Below are positions 9,678 through 20,780 of a DNA stretch of 64,000 nucleotides, in pieces (the stretch's first letter is position 1; each line of letters opens with the position of its first letter). The DNA comes from Demequinaceae bacterium (lineage in GTDB: Bacteria; Actinomycetota; Actinomycetes; Actinomycetales; JAJYRW01). A model generated the notes under the pieces. That model was not told where the DNA came from. It did not search any database and saw nothing but the letters and a program-made list of their open reading frames with translations. Position numbers and translations under genes: made by a program. The stretch is taken from positions 2,775-66,774 of the forward strand of contig DAHVRJ010000132.1 of NCBI GenBank assembly GCA_027322505.1, in the 5' to 3' direction.

Positions 9678-10682
9678 CTACTGCGCTGCGCGGCGGCGCC
9701 GATCCACCTCATAGAGCGCAATTCCCCCCGCCACGGCGGCGTTTAGCGACTCGGTATCGGCCGCAATGGGAATCGAGGCCACCAGGTCGCACTGCTCACG
9801 CACCAAGCGTGAGAGCCCCTTGCCCTCCGATCCGATCACGAGCACGAGCGGTTCGGTAGCGAGCTCCACATCTGCAATGCAGACGGTGCCGCCCGCGTCC
9901 AGGCCGACGATGAAATAGCCCGCCTTGCGGAAGTCTTGTAGGGCGCGCGTGAGATTAGTTGCCCGCGCAACGGGCACGCGGGCCGCCGCTCCGGCCGAAA
10001 CCTTAAAAGCGGCAGTGGTCACTCCGGCAGCGCGGCGCTCGGGAATTACGACCCCATCTACCCCAAACGCACCGGCCGACCGCAATACCGCACCGAGATT
10101 GCGCGGGTCCGTGACGCCGTCCAAACTCACAATTAGCGGGGTGGTGTCTGCCTCATGAACCGGAACTAAAAGATCGCGCGGGTGCGCGTATTCATAGGGA
10201 GGCACCTGGAGCGCCAGGCCCTGATGTACCGCGTTGTCGGTGAACTTATCCAGGTCGGAGCGGGCGGTCTCGAGCATGGTGATGCGCGCTTCGCCCGCTA
10301 GTTTTACGGCCCGCTTGACGCGATCATCGCTTTCGATTCCGTGCGCGAGGTACAGCGTCGAGGCCGGAATTTGGGCCTCTAAGGCCTCGACCACCGCGTT
10401 GCGTCCGGCAATAACTTCACCACCGGGCGTGCGTTGGGGCCGAACTAGATTTCCACTAGTTTGGCGCGGATCGGGTTGTGCGCCGGATTTGCGGCGCCGA
10501 CTTGCAGCCCGGTCCCGTTGGGCTTTGCGCTTTGCGGCCGGGTGATAGGGACGATCCTCTGCCTTGGGAGTGGGGCCTTTGCCTTCCAGCGCGCGACGAC
10601 CGTGCCCACCGGTGCCCCGGCTGGGCCCCTTTTTGGTGCCGGGCTTGCGTACTGCGCCGCGGCGTCCACCGTCACCTGCCAT
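9678..10682 (-). CDS. rlmB: 23S rRNA (guanosine-2'-O-)-methyltransferase RlmB (SpoU/TrmH family)
   Basis: C-terminal SpoU motifs (VIGSEGKGLS, IPI..ESLNAAVA) and an ~90-aa Arg/Lys/Gly-rich N-terminal extension typical of actinobacteria. It follows cysS. Confidence 0.85.
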   Translation of the reverse strand: MAGDGGRRGAVRKPGTKKGPSRGTGGHGRRALEGKGPTPKAEDRPYHPAAKRKAQRDRAASRRRKSGAQPDPRQTSGNLVRPQRTPGGEVIAGRNAVVEALEAQIPASTLYLAHGIESDDRVKRAVKLAGEARITMLETARSDLDKFTDNAVHQGLALQVPPYEYAHPRDLLVPVHEADTTPLIVSLDGVTDPRNLGAVLRSAGAFGVDGVVIPERRAAGVTTAAFKVSAGAAARVPVARATNLTRALQDFRKAGYFIVGLDAGGTVCIADVELATEPLVLVIGSEGKGLSRLVREQCDLVASIPIAADTESLNAAVAGGIALYEVDRRRRAAQ

Positions 10683-12160
10683 TAGTTTTCTCCTCGAGAC
10701 GAAGATTCTTCAAAGCGGCCTTGCGCCGGGCTTCCTTGTAACGACCACCGCGCTCCGCGCACCGAATCCTCCACAACTATTCCCGCCGCCGTCAACTGAT
10801 CGCGAATCGCATCCGCAGTGGCGAAATCCCGGGCAGAGCGTGCCTCATCCCGCGCGAGCAACTGCGCCGTCACTAACTGATCCAGCGCGGTGCGGGCCGC
10901 ATCTGAACTTATTGCGTCCAAGCCGCTCCGCCAGGCCGGATCCAACGGGTCGAGCCCCAGGACGTCCAGCATCGCACGCAGCCGCAAAACATGCTCGCCC
11001 AGTGCGCGCCGATCCACGTCCGTAAGGGCCTGGTTTCCAGCTCGCAACTCTTCATGAACTACCGCGAGCGCGGCCGAGACGTTGAGATCATCGTTCATCG
11101 CTTCGACGAAGTCTTCCGGAAGCTCAACCTCGTTCAGGTCCGCTGCTGCGTCGACCTCGACGATTTCACCGGCCCGCTCAATAAACCCGGCCAGCCGCTC
11201 CCACGCGCTGGTGGCTTCGGGCAACGAATCAGCCGTGAACTCAATCATGGAGCGGTACTGAGCCACGCCCAGGGCGTAGCGCAGCGCCTGCGGCGCAACG
11301 GTTTCAAGAATCGTTGCAACCTGCAGTGAGTTGCCCAGTGATTTGCTCATTTTCTCGCCCGCGGTTGTGACCCACGCGTTGTGCAACCAGTATTGCGCGA
11401 AGCCAAAACCTGCCGCCCGGGACTGGGCCTGCTCGTTTTCGTGGTGCGGAAAGCGCAGGTCCAGGCCGCCAGCGTGAATATCGAAGGAGTCACCGAGGTA
11501 GCGGCGAGCCATCGCCGAGCATTCGATATGCCAGCCGGGGCGCCCGCGGCCAAAGGGGGTCGGCCAGGATGCCGTTGCGGGTTCACCCGGCTTGGCGCTC
11601 TTCCACAGGGCGAAGTCGCGCGGGTCGCGCTTGGTGGACTCGCCGCCATCGCCGGAAGAGAGCATTTCGGCCGGATCTTGGTGCGTCAGCGCGCCGTAGT
11701 CGGGAAATGAGGGAACATCAAACCACACATCCGCGCTACCCGAGGGGTCGGCGTAGGCGTGGCCGCGTTCGATGAGCCGCTCGATGATGTCGACCATGTC
11801 CAGGATGTGCCCAGTTGCGCGCGGCTCATAGTCGGGCGGGGTGATATTTAGCGCGTCATATGCGGCTGTGAACTCCCGCTCGAACCGCAGAGCCCACGCC
11901 CACCACGGGGTGTTGTTCGCGGCAGCTTTATCTAAAATTTTGTCGTCGATATCGGTCACATTGCGCACGAACGTCACGTCATAGCCCAAGCGCCGCAGCC
12001 AGCGCACGAGCACATCGAAGGCGATCGCGGAGCGCAGGTGACCGATGTGGGGTGAGGACTGAACAGTGGCACCACACAGGTAAATTCCAACCTTGCCAGG
12101 TACCAGGGGTTCGAACTCGCGAACTGTTCGCGTCGCAGTATCAAATAATTTCAGACTCAC
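10682..12160 (-). CDS. cysS: cysteine--tRNA ligase
   Basis: HIGH motif (SSPHIGH) and KMSKS motif ([10 protein letters not shown]); class I architecture. Confidence 0.95.
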   Translation of the reverse strand: MSLKLFDTATRTVREFEPLVPGKVGIYLCGATVQSSPHIGHLRSAIAFDVLVRWLRRLGYDVTFVRNVTDIDDKILDKAAANNTPWWAWALRFEREFTAAYDALNITPPDYEPRATGHILDMVDIIERLIERGHAYADPSGSADVWFDVPSFPDYGALTHQDPAEMLSSGDGGESTKRDPRDFALWKSAKPGEPATASWPTPFGRGRPGWHIECSAMARRYLGDSFDIHAGGLDLRFPHHENEQAQSRAAGFGFAQYWLHNAWVTTAGEKMSKSLGNSLQVATILETVAPQALRYALGVAQYRSMIEFTADSLPEATSAWERLAGFIERAGEIVEVDAAADLNEVELPEDFVEAMNDDLNVSAALAVVHEELRAGNQALTDVDRRALGEHVLRLRAMLDVLGLDPLDPAWRSGLDAISSDAARTALDQLVTAQLLARDEARSARDFATADAIRDQLTAAGIVVEDSVRGARWSLQGSPAQGRFEESSSRGEN

Positions 12161-12205
12161 ACGTCCCAGGGTACCGGCGATGGGCTGCGCTTTGGCCGCC
12201 CGCGG

Positions 12206-13438
12206 TCAGGAAACCCGCACGACCAACGCGGTGGCAATCGCCGCCAGCCCATCCCCGCGCCCAACAAACCCCAAACCGTCCGTCGTGGTCGCCGCGAGTG
12301 ACACAGGCGCGCCCAGCGCGGTGCTCATAACTTGCTCGGCTTCCACCCGGCGATCAGCCAGGCGCGGAAACGGGCCAACTAGTTGCACCGCAACGTTGCC
12401 GATTTGAAATCCGGCTTCGCGCACCAGCACGGCCGTCTCTTGCAAAAACCGCTCACCCGGCGCACCGAAATATTCTGAATCCGAGGTACCAAAGTGCGTG
12501 CCCAAATCGCCCAGTCCCGCGGCAGAAAGCACCGCATCGCACACCGCGTGGGCGACCACGTCACCATCAGAATGCCCAGATAGCCCCGGTTTATCAGGCC
12601 ATTTCAATCCGGCAACACACAGCGGCGCATCACTGCCGGTGTTGATGGGATGGACATCGATCGCAATTCCCGTTCGGGGCAGCAGCGCGGGTGAAAACGG
12701 CGCTTGGGTTTGCTGCGGAGCGGGCTGCGCAGTCAAAAAAGCCGCGGCCCGCTCTAGGTCGGCGGGCGTGGTGATTTTTAAAGCCTCATCAGAGCCCAAA
12801 ACCACATCGACAGGCACGTTCAAAGCCTCGACCAGAGCGGCATCGTCGGTCGCGCCGGTGGCTTCATCAGTTCCTGCAGAACCCATCGCATGCGCCCGCC
12901 GCAGCACCTCAATTTCGAATCCCTGGGGAGTTTGCACCGCCCGCAAATTGGCGCGATTAGGGGTTGCGGTCACCCGCTGCTGTGTGACCTCTTTGATGGT
13001 GTCGCTGACCGGTAGCGCGGGGATTACTGCCTGAGACCCGCTTTCCAGTGCGTCAAATACCTGTTTAATTAAGGACGGCGGCGCTAAGCATCGGGCGGCG
13101 TCGTGCACCAGGACATGACTCGTCTCGGGCGGCAGCGCAGCCAAACCGGCCGCCACAGAATCTTGGCGGCTGGCTCCGCCAGCAACCACGAGAATGTCGG
13201 AGGCGGGATTCGGGCCCACGGCGGCGCTAATTAGTCGCGTGAATTCGTCGACATGCGCCTGCGGGGCGGTGATAACAATTGTGCGCGCGGTGCCAGAATC
13301 AATGATTCCGCGCACCGCGCGCACAATAAGTGGTGTTCCTGCTAGTTCAACCAGGGCCTTGGGTTGGTTAGCGCCGAGGCGCTGACCTGAGCCTGCGGCA
13401 ACAACGATTGCGGCAGCGCGAATATCGCGGTGGCTCAC
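12206..13438 (-). CDS. ispDF: bifunctional MEP cytidylyltransferase / MEcPP synthase (IspD-IspF fusion)
   Basis: N-terminal IspD ([11 protein letters not shown]) and C-terminal IspF ([19 protein letters not shown]) lie in one uninterrupted 410-aa ORF, joined by a Gln/Pro-rich linker. Confidence 0.9.
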   Translation of the reverse strand: MSHRDIRAAAIVVAAGSGQRLGANQPKALVELAGTPLIVRAVRGIIDSGTARTIVITAPQAHVDEFTRLISAAVGPNPASDILVVAGGASRQDSVAAGLAALPPETSHVLVHDAARCLAPPSLIKQVFDALESGSQAVIPALPVSDTIKEVTQQRVTATPNRANLRAVQTPQGFEIEVLRRAHAMGSAGTDEATGATDDAALVEALNVPVDVVLGSDEALKITTPADLERAAAFLTAQPAPQQTQAPFSPALLPRTGIAIDVHPINTGSDAPLCVAGLKWPDKPGLSGHSDGDVVAHAVCDAVLSAAGLGDLGTHFGTSDSEYFGAPGERFLQETAVLVREAGFQIGNVAVQLVGPFPRLADRRVEAEQVMSTALGAPVSLAATTTDGLGFVGRGDGLAAIATALVVRVS

Positions 13439-13466
13439 TGGTGGGAACTCTTAACTATCGAAGAAG

Positions 13467-13958
13467 TTAGGAGGTCAAGATTTCGTCGAGGAATGCTTCG
13501 GCCTTTTCTTCATCGGTCTTCTTCGCTAATGCGAGCTCCGATATCAGAATTTGCCGGGCCTTGACTAGCATCCGCTTCTCGCCGGCCGACAGGCCGCGAT
13601 CTGCATCGCGACGCGACAGGTCGCGCACGACTTCTGCAACCTTAATTACGTCACCGGAAGCGAGCTTTTCCAAATTGGCCTTATACCGGCGAGACCAGTT
13701 AGTGGGCTCTTCGGTGTATTCCGCGCGCAGAACATCGAAGACCTCTTCAAGGCCTTCCTTGTCGACGACATCGCGCACGCCGACCAGGTCAACGTTCTCG
13801 GCCGGGACCTCAATGGTTAAATCGCCTTGAGCGATACGTAATTTGAGATAGGTTTTCTTCTCACCGCGGATAGTGCGGTTCTTTATTTCTTCGATGTATG
13901 CTGCCCCATGGTGGGGATAGACGACGGTCTCTCCGACCTCGAACGTCTGAACTGTCAT
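13467..13958 (-). CDS. carD: CarD family transcriptional regulator
   Basis: 163 aa with the CarD/CdnL N-terminal domain (VVYPHHGAA). It occupies the conserved position upstream of ispD. Confidence 0.93.
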   Translation of the reverse strand: MTVQTFEVGETVVYPHHGAAYIEEIKNRTIRGEKKTYLKLRIAQGDLTIEVPAENVDLVGVRDVVDKEGLEEVFDVLRAEYTEEPTNWSRRYKANLEKLASGDVIKVAEVVRDLSRRDADRGLSAGEKRMLVKARQILISELALAKKTDEEKAEAFLDEILTS

Positions 13959-14132
13959 GTGGACAAACCCCTCTCGCCAACCCCTATGATACCACGAGGG
14001 TGTCGTCGAGCCCCGGGATGTCTTTTGCGTTTACGCTGGTCACGGCAATGCGCACTCCACTGGGGCGGTGTGGCCAATACCCGGTAGGCTTTCAAACAGA
14101 ACAAGTTTTCTTTCGATGGCAGGAGATACATC

Positions 14133-14642
14133 GTGGCAGTAAGTCGCCGCTCCCGGCTCAGTGTTTTAGCCTTGAGCGCAACCTTGACCGCGGGATTAGC
14201 AGGCTGCAGCGTCGTGTCACCGATCATGACGGCCGAAGACTACGAAGCTGGCGACGGGACCATGATCGTCATCGATCGCGTCCGTGCCCTAAATCTGATG
14301 ATCGTAACCGAGGCCGAGGGCGAGAGCGGCATTCTGCTTGGAGCGGTATCGAACCGCGATAATACGGACCACACGGTGGCCATTAGCCTCGACGGAATCG
14401 ACGTATTCAGCGACACAGTCACAGCCGAAACTACCTTTCTCTTGGAAGAGGGCGAACCCGTCATTGTCGACAGCGTTCCAGGGGCCCCCGGCTCCATGGT
14501 CGATGTTGCCTTCTCCGTTTCCGGTGCTGGCAGCCAAACCGAGTCGGTGCCCGTAGTTGATGGCACGCTGCCGGGCTATGCCGAAGTGCTCGAAGAACAC
14601 GCTGACGCGCTGGAGAACTACTCCGGGCCGCTGGCCGAATAA
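14133..14642 (+). CDS. hypothetical lipoprotein
   Basis: GTG start, signal peptide with lipobox LAGC, acidic mature part. Confidence 0.6.
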   Translation: MAVSRRSRLSVLALSATLTAGLAGCSVVSPIMTAEDYEAGDGTMIVIDRVRALNLMIVTEAEGESGILLGAVSNRDNTDHTVAISLDGIDVFSDTVTAETTFLLEEGEPVIVDSVPGAPGSMVDVAFSVSGAGSQTESVPVVDGTLPGYAEVLEEHADALENYSGPLAE

Positions 14643-14879
14643 GTCCGCCGGCGCGCTGCAGGTTCTATATGTGAGTTGACTGGAGTTCTTTGTGGTGTAG
14701 ACGCTATGAAGTTCCCACTTAAACTCCCGGCGTGGTGAACGCTCCTTGATTCGGAAGCAATGGTGCGCCCAAACCACATTGGATTCCACGAAAGTGCGCC
14801 CAAAAATTGTGCGAGCAGTTTCTTATCCCGCTTCAGTCACTAGTCCGCGCCACAAAGTCCGCATAGGCAGAAAAAGAAT

Positions 14880-15000
14880 TTGGCGGGCTTCTGACGGAAG
14901 GCTCCTCGAATTTGGTGCTAGAGATGCGAATGTGACTGATGAGGCAAAAAATCGCCCGATTCTTATCAGTACACCCGAGCTTCCGTCAGAAGCCCGCCAA
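14880..15000. repeat. perfect 21-bp inverted repeat (79-nt spacer) with a nested 12-bp stem
   Basis: TTGGCGGGCTTCTGACGGAAG (14880-14900) pairs with CTTCCGTCAGAAGCCCGCCAA (14980-15000). The inner stem is GTGACTGATGAG (14932-14943) with CTTATCAGTaCAC (14962-14974). Confidence 0.85.
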
Positions 15001-15071
15001 TCTATAGTCCGCCAACCATTCCGCCGATCATATTGAGTACCTTCCGGCTTCCGCCAAATCCACCTCAGACG

Positions 15072-15106
15072 CAAAACCGGGGCAGAACCAAGAAGTTCTG
15101 CCCCGG
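15072..15106 (-). terminator. rho-independent terminator of gpmA
   Basis: 12-bp stem CCGGGGCAGAAC/GTTCTGCCCCGG with a 6-nt loop, followed on the minus strand by TTTTG. Confidence 0.65.
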
Positions 15107-15171
15107 TTGTGGCTCTCCAGCGTCAGCGCCCGCGGGAATCCCCAGCTAAGCGCCCGCGGGAATCGGCAGCG

Positions 15172-15915
15172 TCAGCGCCCCTGGGAGGCGACGGCCTTGA
15201 TTGCTTCAGCTGCGGCTTCGGGATCGAGGTATTTGCCACCGGCGGTAACGGGCTTGAAGTTCTCATCCAACTCGTAAACCAGCGGAATACCCGTGGGCAC
15301 GTTCAATCCCGCGATGGTCTTATCGTCGATGCCATCGAGGTGCTTAATCAGTGCGCGCAACGAGTTGCCGTGCGCGGCAACCAAAACGGTCTTATTCGCC
15401 TTCAAGTCCGGAATAATCTCCGACTCCCAGTAGGGCAGCGCGCGCTCGAGCACGTCTTTCAAGCATTCAGTGCGCGGCATGTCATCGCCCAGGTCCGCAT
15501 AGCGCCGTTCCGTATCTTGAGAGAACTCGCTGCCCAGCTCGATCGGCGGCGGGGGGACATCATAGGAGCGGCGCCACAGCATGAACTGCTCTTCGCCGTA
15601 CTGGTCGAGCGTCTGCTTCTTGTCTTTGCCCTGCAGCGCACCGTAGTGGCGCTCGTTTAACCGCCAGTGGCGCTTGACCGGGATCCAGTGCATATCAGCC
15701 GCATCGAGGGCCAAGTTTGCAGTTGTAATTGCGCGGCGCAGCAGCGAAGTGTGGACGATGTCGGGGTGAATGCCGGCCTCAGCCATGAGGTTGCCCCCAC
15801 GCTTGGCTTCTTCAATTCCCTTTTCCGAAAGGTGGACGTCCACCCAGCCGGTGAACAGGTTTTTTGCGTTCCATTCGCTCTCGCCATGGCGGAGCAAAAC
15901 CAAGGTGTAAGTCAT
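15172..15915 (-). CDS. gpmA: 2,3-bisphosphoglycerate-dependent phosphoglycerate mutase
   Basis: [10 protein letters not shown] and RHYG motifs. The start is moved to the [11 protein letters not shown] Met at 15915; the track ORF extends to 15987. Confidence 0.93.
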   Translation of the reverse strand: MTYTLVLLRHGESEWNAKNLFTGWVDVHLSEKGIEEAKRGGNLMAEAGIHPDIVHTSLLRRAITTANLALDAADMHWIPVKRHWRLNERHYGALQGKDKKQTLDQYGEEQFMLWRRSYDVPPPPIELGSEFSQDTERRYADLGDDMPRTECLKDVLERALPYWESEIIPDLKANKTVLVAAHGNSLRALIKHLDGIDDKTIAGLNVPTGIPLVYELDENFKPVTAGGKYLDPEAAAEAIKAVASQGR

Positions 15916-15919
15916 GTAT

Positions 15920-17266
15920 TCATCCTGTCGCATTGAGGTTGGTGGGAGACCACTCGGGTACCCCAGAAACTGCGAATTCATCGCCATTTCGCCTAGCTAC
16001 GCGCCGGCGCTTTTGTCGCAGATCCGCCCAGGCGTTGCGATAGACCGTGATCATCTCTTCCGCCGCGCTATCCCACGATAATTCGCCGGCTCGCTCCCAC
16101 GCCCCACGCGCCAGCCGATCGTAAAGGGCGCGATCACCCAGGAGCATCCGAATTTCCTCCGCCCAGTCCAGCGGGTCGTGCGTGGGAACGAGGAGGCCAG
16201 AGTCGCCGTCCTTAATAATAGTTTGCAATCCGCCCACGTCCGCAGCGAGAACCGGAGTGCCCACGGCCTGCGCTTCGGCGGCCACCAGACCAAAGGATTC
16301 ACTGCGCGATGGCACCGCGACCACGTCAGCGGCGCGAAACCACTGGGGCAGCGATAGCCGCGGAACCGGCGGTTGCCAGCGAATATGCTCGCTAACACCG
16401 GCCTGCGCTGCGAGGTCTTTGAGTTTGGCCAGCGCCAGGTCATCGCCGCTGGGGCCACCAATAATCACCAGCAGGGGCAGGGGCCGCGCCGGGTCGCGCT
16501 GCGCCAGAGCTCCCAGTGCCTGCACCAGCACATCAGGGGCTTTCAGGGGCTGAATTCGCCCGGCAAAGACGATGACATCGCGATCGATGGGAAGGCCCAG
16601 TTCCTCGCGCGCCCGCGTCCGAGCGTCGGGGCCGCCGGGGTTAAACAGGTCCACGTCCACCCCCGGGGAAACAACTGAAACCCGCTGTGGATCGGCCTCG
16701 TACAACTCGACCAGCTCCCGGGCTTCGGCGTCGGTATTTGCCACGAGCCGATCGGCAGCCGCCACCACTTGCTCCTCGCCAATTACGCGGCCGGGTGGCT
16801 CGGGCGCATCCCCCGGCGCAAGCGCGAGATTCTTCACCTTGGCCAGCGTGTGCATCGAGTGCACGAGCGGAACGTTCCAGCGGTCCGAGGCCAGCCAGCC
16901 GACTTGCCCAGATAGCCAGTAGTGGGAGTGGATGACGTCATACCAGCCCGGTCGCTGCCGCGCTTCCGTGTGCATCAGGCCGGCCGTGAAGGCGCATAAC
17001 TGCCCCGGCAGATCGTTCTTATCGAGCCCATCGAAGGGACCGGCCTCAATATGGCGAACCGTCACCCCATCGGTCAGGTGCACGGCCGGCGGAAGCAGCG
17101 AGGACGTCGCGCGGGTAAAGACCTCAACGGCCACGCCGCGGCGGGCGAGCGCTCGAGAAAGTTCGACCACGTAAACGTTCATGCCGCCCGCATCCCCCGT
17201 GCCGGGTTGATCCAGGGGCGAGGTGTGCACGGACAGCATTGCCACCCGCAGGGCTCTTTCGGTCAT
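15920..17266 (-). CDS. mshA: D-inositol-3-phosphate glycosyltransferase (mycothiol biosynthesis, GT4)
   Basis: The N-terminus [24 protein letters not shown] is characteristic of MshA. GT4 C-terminal domain. Confidence 0.9.
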   Translation of the reverse strand: MTERALRVAMLSVHTSPLDQPGTGDAGGMNVYVVELSRALARRGVAVEVFTRATSSLLPPAVHLTDGVTVRHIEAGPFDGLDKNDLPGQLCAFTAGLMHTEARQRPGWYDVIHSHYWLSGQVGWLASDRWNVPLVHSMHTLAKVKNLALAPGDAPEPPGRVIGEEQVVAAADRLVANTDAEARELVELYEADPQRVSVVSPGVDVDLFNPGGPDARTRAREELGLPIDRDVIVFAGRIQPLKAPDVLVQALGALAQRDPARPLPLLVIIGGPSGDDLALAKLKDLAAQAGVSEHIRWQPPVPRLSLPQWFRAADVVAVPSRSESFGLVAAEAQAVGTPVLAADVGGLQTIIKDGDSGLLVPTHDPLDWAEEIRMLLGDRALYDRLARGAWERAGELSWDSAAEEMITVYRNAWADLRQKRRRVARRNGDEFAVSGVPEWSPTNLNATG

Positions 17267-17273
17267 AAAGCAA

Positions 17274-18362
17274 TCACTCGATTAAGGTTACCGGGACAAT
17301 GCACGCGGGCGACCCGAGAGATGTCTGGGCGGTCGGCTCCTGCGCGATGCCGTTTTCGTTCAGGGCCATGATCACAAGCGCGTCGGTGTCTTGCTGGCCC
17401 ACCACCAGCACTGTTCCCATGCGGGCAAAATGGCGCGGATTTTCCCCACCCACCGGCGTATCGGCCAGGTGGCGCAGGGTTGCTCCGCCATCTTCAACAG
17501 CAAACGTCGCAATAATGTTGGCGATCCGGTTGGCTACCCACAGGCGCGTCCCGTCCTCGGAGAGTTCCAGATGTGATGGGAAGGAATCCCCCGCTGCGCC
17601 CACGGTCTGGGGATCACCGGCCGGCACGGCAGCCAAGTGGGTGGCAGTTGCGTTAGCTTCCCACCGGAAAATATGGACGGCATTGTCTAATTCGCCCGTG
17701 ACATAAATGAATCCCGCTTCGGAAACCGCCATATGCCGCGGCCCCGCACCCCCGGGGAGTTTGCCGGCAATCCCGGCCGGCCGCAGTTCACCAGTGGCAG
17801 CTATTTCAAAGCGGCGCAGTTCATCGGTTCCCAGATCAGCTACGAGCACGTGGCTGCCCCCGGGCGCAACTGCCGCGCTGTGCGCGTGCGGGCCGTCTTG
17901 GCGATCGGCCTTGGGGCCAGATCCGGCATGATTATGGACGGCGAGGGGCACCTGATCTTCTCCGTCCCGTGCCGCTGCGCCACTGCTGGTAAGCGCGATG
18001 TCGCTTACCGCGCCATCGCCATAAGAAGAGGCGATCAGCCGGTCCCCGGCCGGGGTAATTGCCAGGTGGCAGGGGCTGCCCGCGCCAGTGGAGATATCGG
18101 AAGAGGGAAGCGGGGCCAGCGTGGCGTCGTCCTTAATTTTAAAAGCGGCGACTGAGCCCGCGGGTTCCTCGCGCGCGGCCCATAAAACTGGCGCGCTGGG
18201 GTGGCGCAGCAGCCAGGAGCCAGATTCGATTTCTGCGACTAGTTGCGGCGTTCCAAAGGTTTTTGCGTCGCTATCGACGGTGAGGGTGTACATGCCCTTC
18301 CCGCGGCCCGCCGGTGCGGAGGAGGCACTGTAGGTTCCCACGAAAATTTGGTGCAGGGGCAT
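17274..18362 (-). CDS. lactonase family beta-propeller protein (6-phosphogluconolactonase-like)
   Basis: 362 aa with repeated propeller blades and an [10 protein letters not shown]-type motif. Confidence 0.7.
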   Translation of the reverse strand: MPLHQIFVGTYSASSAPAGRGKGMYTLTVDSDAKTFGTPQLVAEIESGSWLLRHPSAPVLWAAREEPAGSVAAFKIKDDATLAPLPSSDISTGAGSPCHLAITPAGDRLIASSYGDGAVSDIALTSSGAAARDGEDQVPLAVHNHAGSGPKADRQDGPHAHSAAVAPGGSHVLVADLGTDELRRFEIAATGELRPAGIAGKLPGGAGPRHMAVSEAGFIYVTGELDNAVHIFRWEANATATHLAAVPAGDPQTVGAAGDSFPSHLELSEDGTRLWVANRIANIIATFAVEDGGATLRHLADTPVGGENPRHFARMGTVLVVGQQDTDALVIMALNENGIAQEPTAQTSLGSPACIVPVTLIE

Positions 18363-18458
18363 AACTCCACTTTAGAACGCGTTGGTTTCCCCGCCGCTGG
18401 GGCCTTTCCTTCAGGTAATAGCATCGCTCTATAACAGTTTGCTATCAGTTCCGCGCTT

Positions 18459-19481
18459 TTGGCCTCTTTTCGTCCCAGGTGGCACCAAGCACTTTTCCAA
18501 GCAGAGTACGGTGGGAATGTGACTGTCAATTTTTCTCATGTCAGGAACAGCAGCGGGGCACTTCCTGACCCACCCAGCGGGAGACAACACGAAATCACAT
18601 CCGGGGGCTACCGGGCCGTGATAACCGAGGTTGGTGCCGCGCTGCGCCGCCTCAGTCACGACGACCGGCCGCTCGTTGTTGGTTTCAGTGTCGATGAAGT
18701 GATGCCGTCCTATCGCGGCGCTCAATTGATTCCCTGGCCCAACCGCATCGCGGATGGCCGGTATAAATTTGGGGGGCGGGAGTTTCAGGTCCCGATTACC
18801 GAGCCGGAGCGCGAGAACGCGTTGCACGGTTTTGTGGTGTGGGAGTCTTGGCGCACGGTGCTGCACGTCCGAGACCGGGTAGTGCTTTCCCATCGGGTGC
18901 AGCCGCGAAATGGTTACCCCTGGCGGTTGGACGTGACAGTGGACTTCGCGATCGGGCCCGATGGCCTGCGCTGCACGGTCGAGGCGTTGAACACTGGGGA
19001 TTCGGAGGCGCCCTATGGCTACGGCCCCCACCCCTATCTGCGCGCCGGGGAGAGCCCACTGGATGAGTGGTCGCTCGAAGTACCGGCCAAGGAATATCTA
19101 GAGGTCACCCCCGACCGGCTGCTGCCCACGGGTATCGCGCCAGTAGAAGGCACCGAACTGGACTTCCGGGAAGCCCGCCCCATTGGCCCCACCAAAATTG
19201 ACCACGCCTATACGACCGTCAAGCGCGATAACAGCGGCACCGCCACCGTGCGCGTGCGCGATCCGCGTGGCGGCGGCGTCGAAATGAGTTGGCCCTCAAC
19301 GGCTCCCTGGGTGCAGGTGCACACGGCCGATTTGCCAGACCCGGAAAACAATCGCCTCGGGCTCGCCGTGGAACCAATGACGTGCCCGCCAGATGCTTTC
19401 AACTCCGGCACAGACCTGGTCGTCATTGAACCCGGCGATAGCCACCGCACGAGCTGGACAATCCGCGCGATTAGCGAGTAG
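18459..19481 (+). CDS. aldose 1-epimerase (mutarotase) family protein
   Basis: Galactose-mutarotase-like features (HGF..W, GYGPHPY, EPMTCPP). The true start may be an internal GTG about 60 nt downstream. Confidence 0.75.
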   Translation: MASFRPRWHQALFQAEYGGNVTVNFSHVRNSSGALPDPPSGRQHEITSGGYRAVITEVGAALRRLSHDDRPLVVGFSVDEVMPSYRGAQLIPWPNRIADGRYKFGGREFQVPITEPERENALHGFVVWESWRTVLHVRDRVVLSHRVQPRNGYPWRLDVTVDFAIGPDGLRCTVEALNTGDSEAPYGYGPHPYLRAGESPLDEWSLEVPAKEYLEVTPDRLLPTGIAPVEGTELDFREARPIGPTKIDHAYTTVKRDNSGTATVRVRDPRGGGVEMSWPSTAPWVQVHTADLPDPENNRLGLAVEPMTCPPDAFNSGTDLVVIEPGDSHRTSWTIRAISE

Positions 19482-19549
19482 CGCGGCCAACCCACACACC
19501 ACATGGCAACGGGGCCGAATACTGACGATTCAGCATCCGGCCCCGCTTA

Positions 19550-19575
19550 TTCGGGACGGCTGTTCCCGAGTTTTT
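19550..19575 (+). terminator. intrinsic terminator after the mutarotase gene
   Basis: Stem TCGGGA/TCCCGA with a 7-nt loop, followed by TTTTT. It is preceded by a second GC hairpin, GGGGCCG..CGGCCCC, at 19511-19544. Confidence 0.55.
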
Positions 19576-19595
19576 CGGCTTACGCGCCCGGGGCG

Positions 19596-20777
19596 CTACT
19601 TAGCTGCTCCAACGCGGCGCTTATTCCACACATCAAACGCGACCGCGAGCAACAGCACCAGACCCTTAATGGCTTGCTGGTAGTCGATTCCGACACCCAT
19701 GAGCGACATGCCATTATTCATGACACCCATGATCAAACCACCGACGATGGCGCCCACGACGGTACCGATACCACCAGTAACTGCCGCGCCACCAATGAAT
19801 GCGGCAGCAATGGCATCGAGCTCGAACATGGTTCCGGCCTTCGGGTTAGCCAGGTTCAGTCGCGCGGTGAAGACCACGCCCGCCAGCGCTGACAGCACAC
19901 CCATGTTGATGAAGATCCAGAAATTCACCCACTTGACCTTGATGCCCGAAAGCGTTGCGGCGTGCAGGTTGCCGCCGATCGCATAGACGTGGCGGCCAAA
20001 TACGGTGCGCTTCATCAGCATCACGTAGATCACGATCAGCAGGCCCAAAATCAATAGGACGACGGGCAATCCCTTATAGAAGGCCAGGCGCTGCGCAAAC
20101 GCCATCACCACAATGCCAACCACAACGATCTTAAGAATAAAGAGTGGAAGTGCTTCTACGGACTGCTTATAGGCAATACGGCCCAGGCGGGCGCGGTATT
20201 GGAAAAACGCGAATGCCAGGACTGCGATAGTACCTATTACTAGCGTGAATACGTCATATCCTTGCCCGCCTAAATAGCCGTTCATGTAGCCGGAAGCAAT
20301 GGATCTAAACTCCTGGGGGAAGGGCGAAATCTGGGTGTTTCCAAGCGTGATCATTGCCGCGCCGCGGAAGATCAACATGCCGGCCAGCGTCACAATAAAC
20401 GCTGGAATCCCCACGAACGCCACCCAGAATCCTTGCCAAATACCTACCAACACGCCCACCAGCAGCGCGGCTAGTACGCCGATCCACCACGGCAGACCCA
20501 TCCGGACTGTGACCACCCCGGCTATCGCGCCGGTGAAGGCAACCACCGAACCAACTGACAGGTCAATGTGGCCACCAATAATCACGATGACCATACCGAT
20601 CGCCAAGATCAGAATGTAGGAGTTTTGCACAACGATATTTGTGACGTTTTGCTCTGATAGGAGCTTGCCGTCCGTTAATATCGCAAATAGGGCGATGATC
20701 GCGGCAAATGCGATATAAATACCGCTTTGCCGCAGGTTTCGGGTCAAGAAAAACTTGACCTGTTCCATGGCGCTCAT
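19596..20777 (-). CDS. mmsB: multiple monosaccharide ABC transporter permease
   Basis: 393-aa polytopic permease of the XylH/GguB type, last gene of the chvE-mmsA-mmsB operon. Confidence 0.9.
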   Translation of the reverse strand: MSAMEQVKFFLTRNLRQSGIYIAFAAIIALFAILTDGKLLSEQNVTNIVVQNSYILILAIGMVIVIIGGHIDLSVGSVVAFTGAIAGVVTVRMGLPWWIGVLAALLVGVLVGIWQGFWVAFVGIPAFIVTLAGMLIFRGAAMITLGNTQISPFPQEFRSIASGYMNGYLGGQGYDVFTLVIGTIAVLAFAFFQYRARLGRIAYKQSVEALPLFILKIVVVGIVVMAFAQRLAFYKGLPVVLLILGLLIVIYVMLMKRTVFGRHVYAIGGNLHAATLSGIKVKWVNFWIFINMGVLSALAGVVFTARLNLANPKAGTMFELDAIAAAFIGGAAVTGGIGTVVGAIVGGLIMGVMNNGMSLMGVGIDYQQAIKGLVLLLAVAFDVWNKRRVGAAK

Positions 20778-20780
20778 GGA

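Noticed and set aside
14932-14974. Hammerhead ribozyme suggested by the CUGAUGAG string inside the nested stem
   Set aside because: After the putative stem II (GGC..GCC) the sequence reads CGAUU instead of the obligatory GAAA core. No proper three-way junction or cleavage-site triplet can be drawn. The CUGAUGAG simply forms one arm of a plain hairpin.
15118-15185. Short direct repeats around the gpmA stop (CAGCGTCAGCGCCC x2, GCGCCCGCGGGAATC x2)
   Set aside because: The repeats are real but very short and consistent with a small local duplication of the gene end. No structural or regulatory pattern is discernible.
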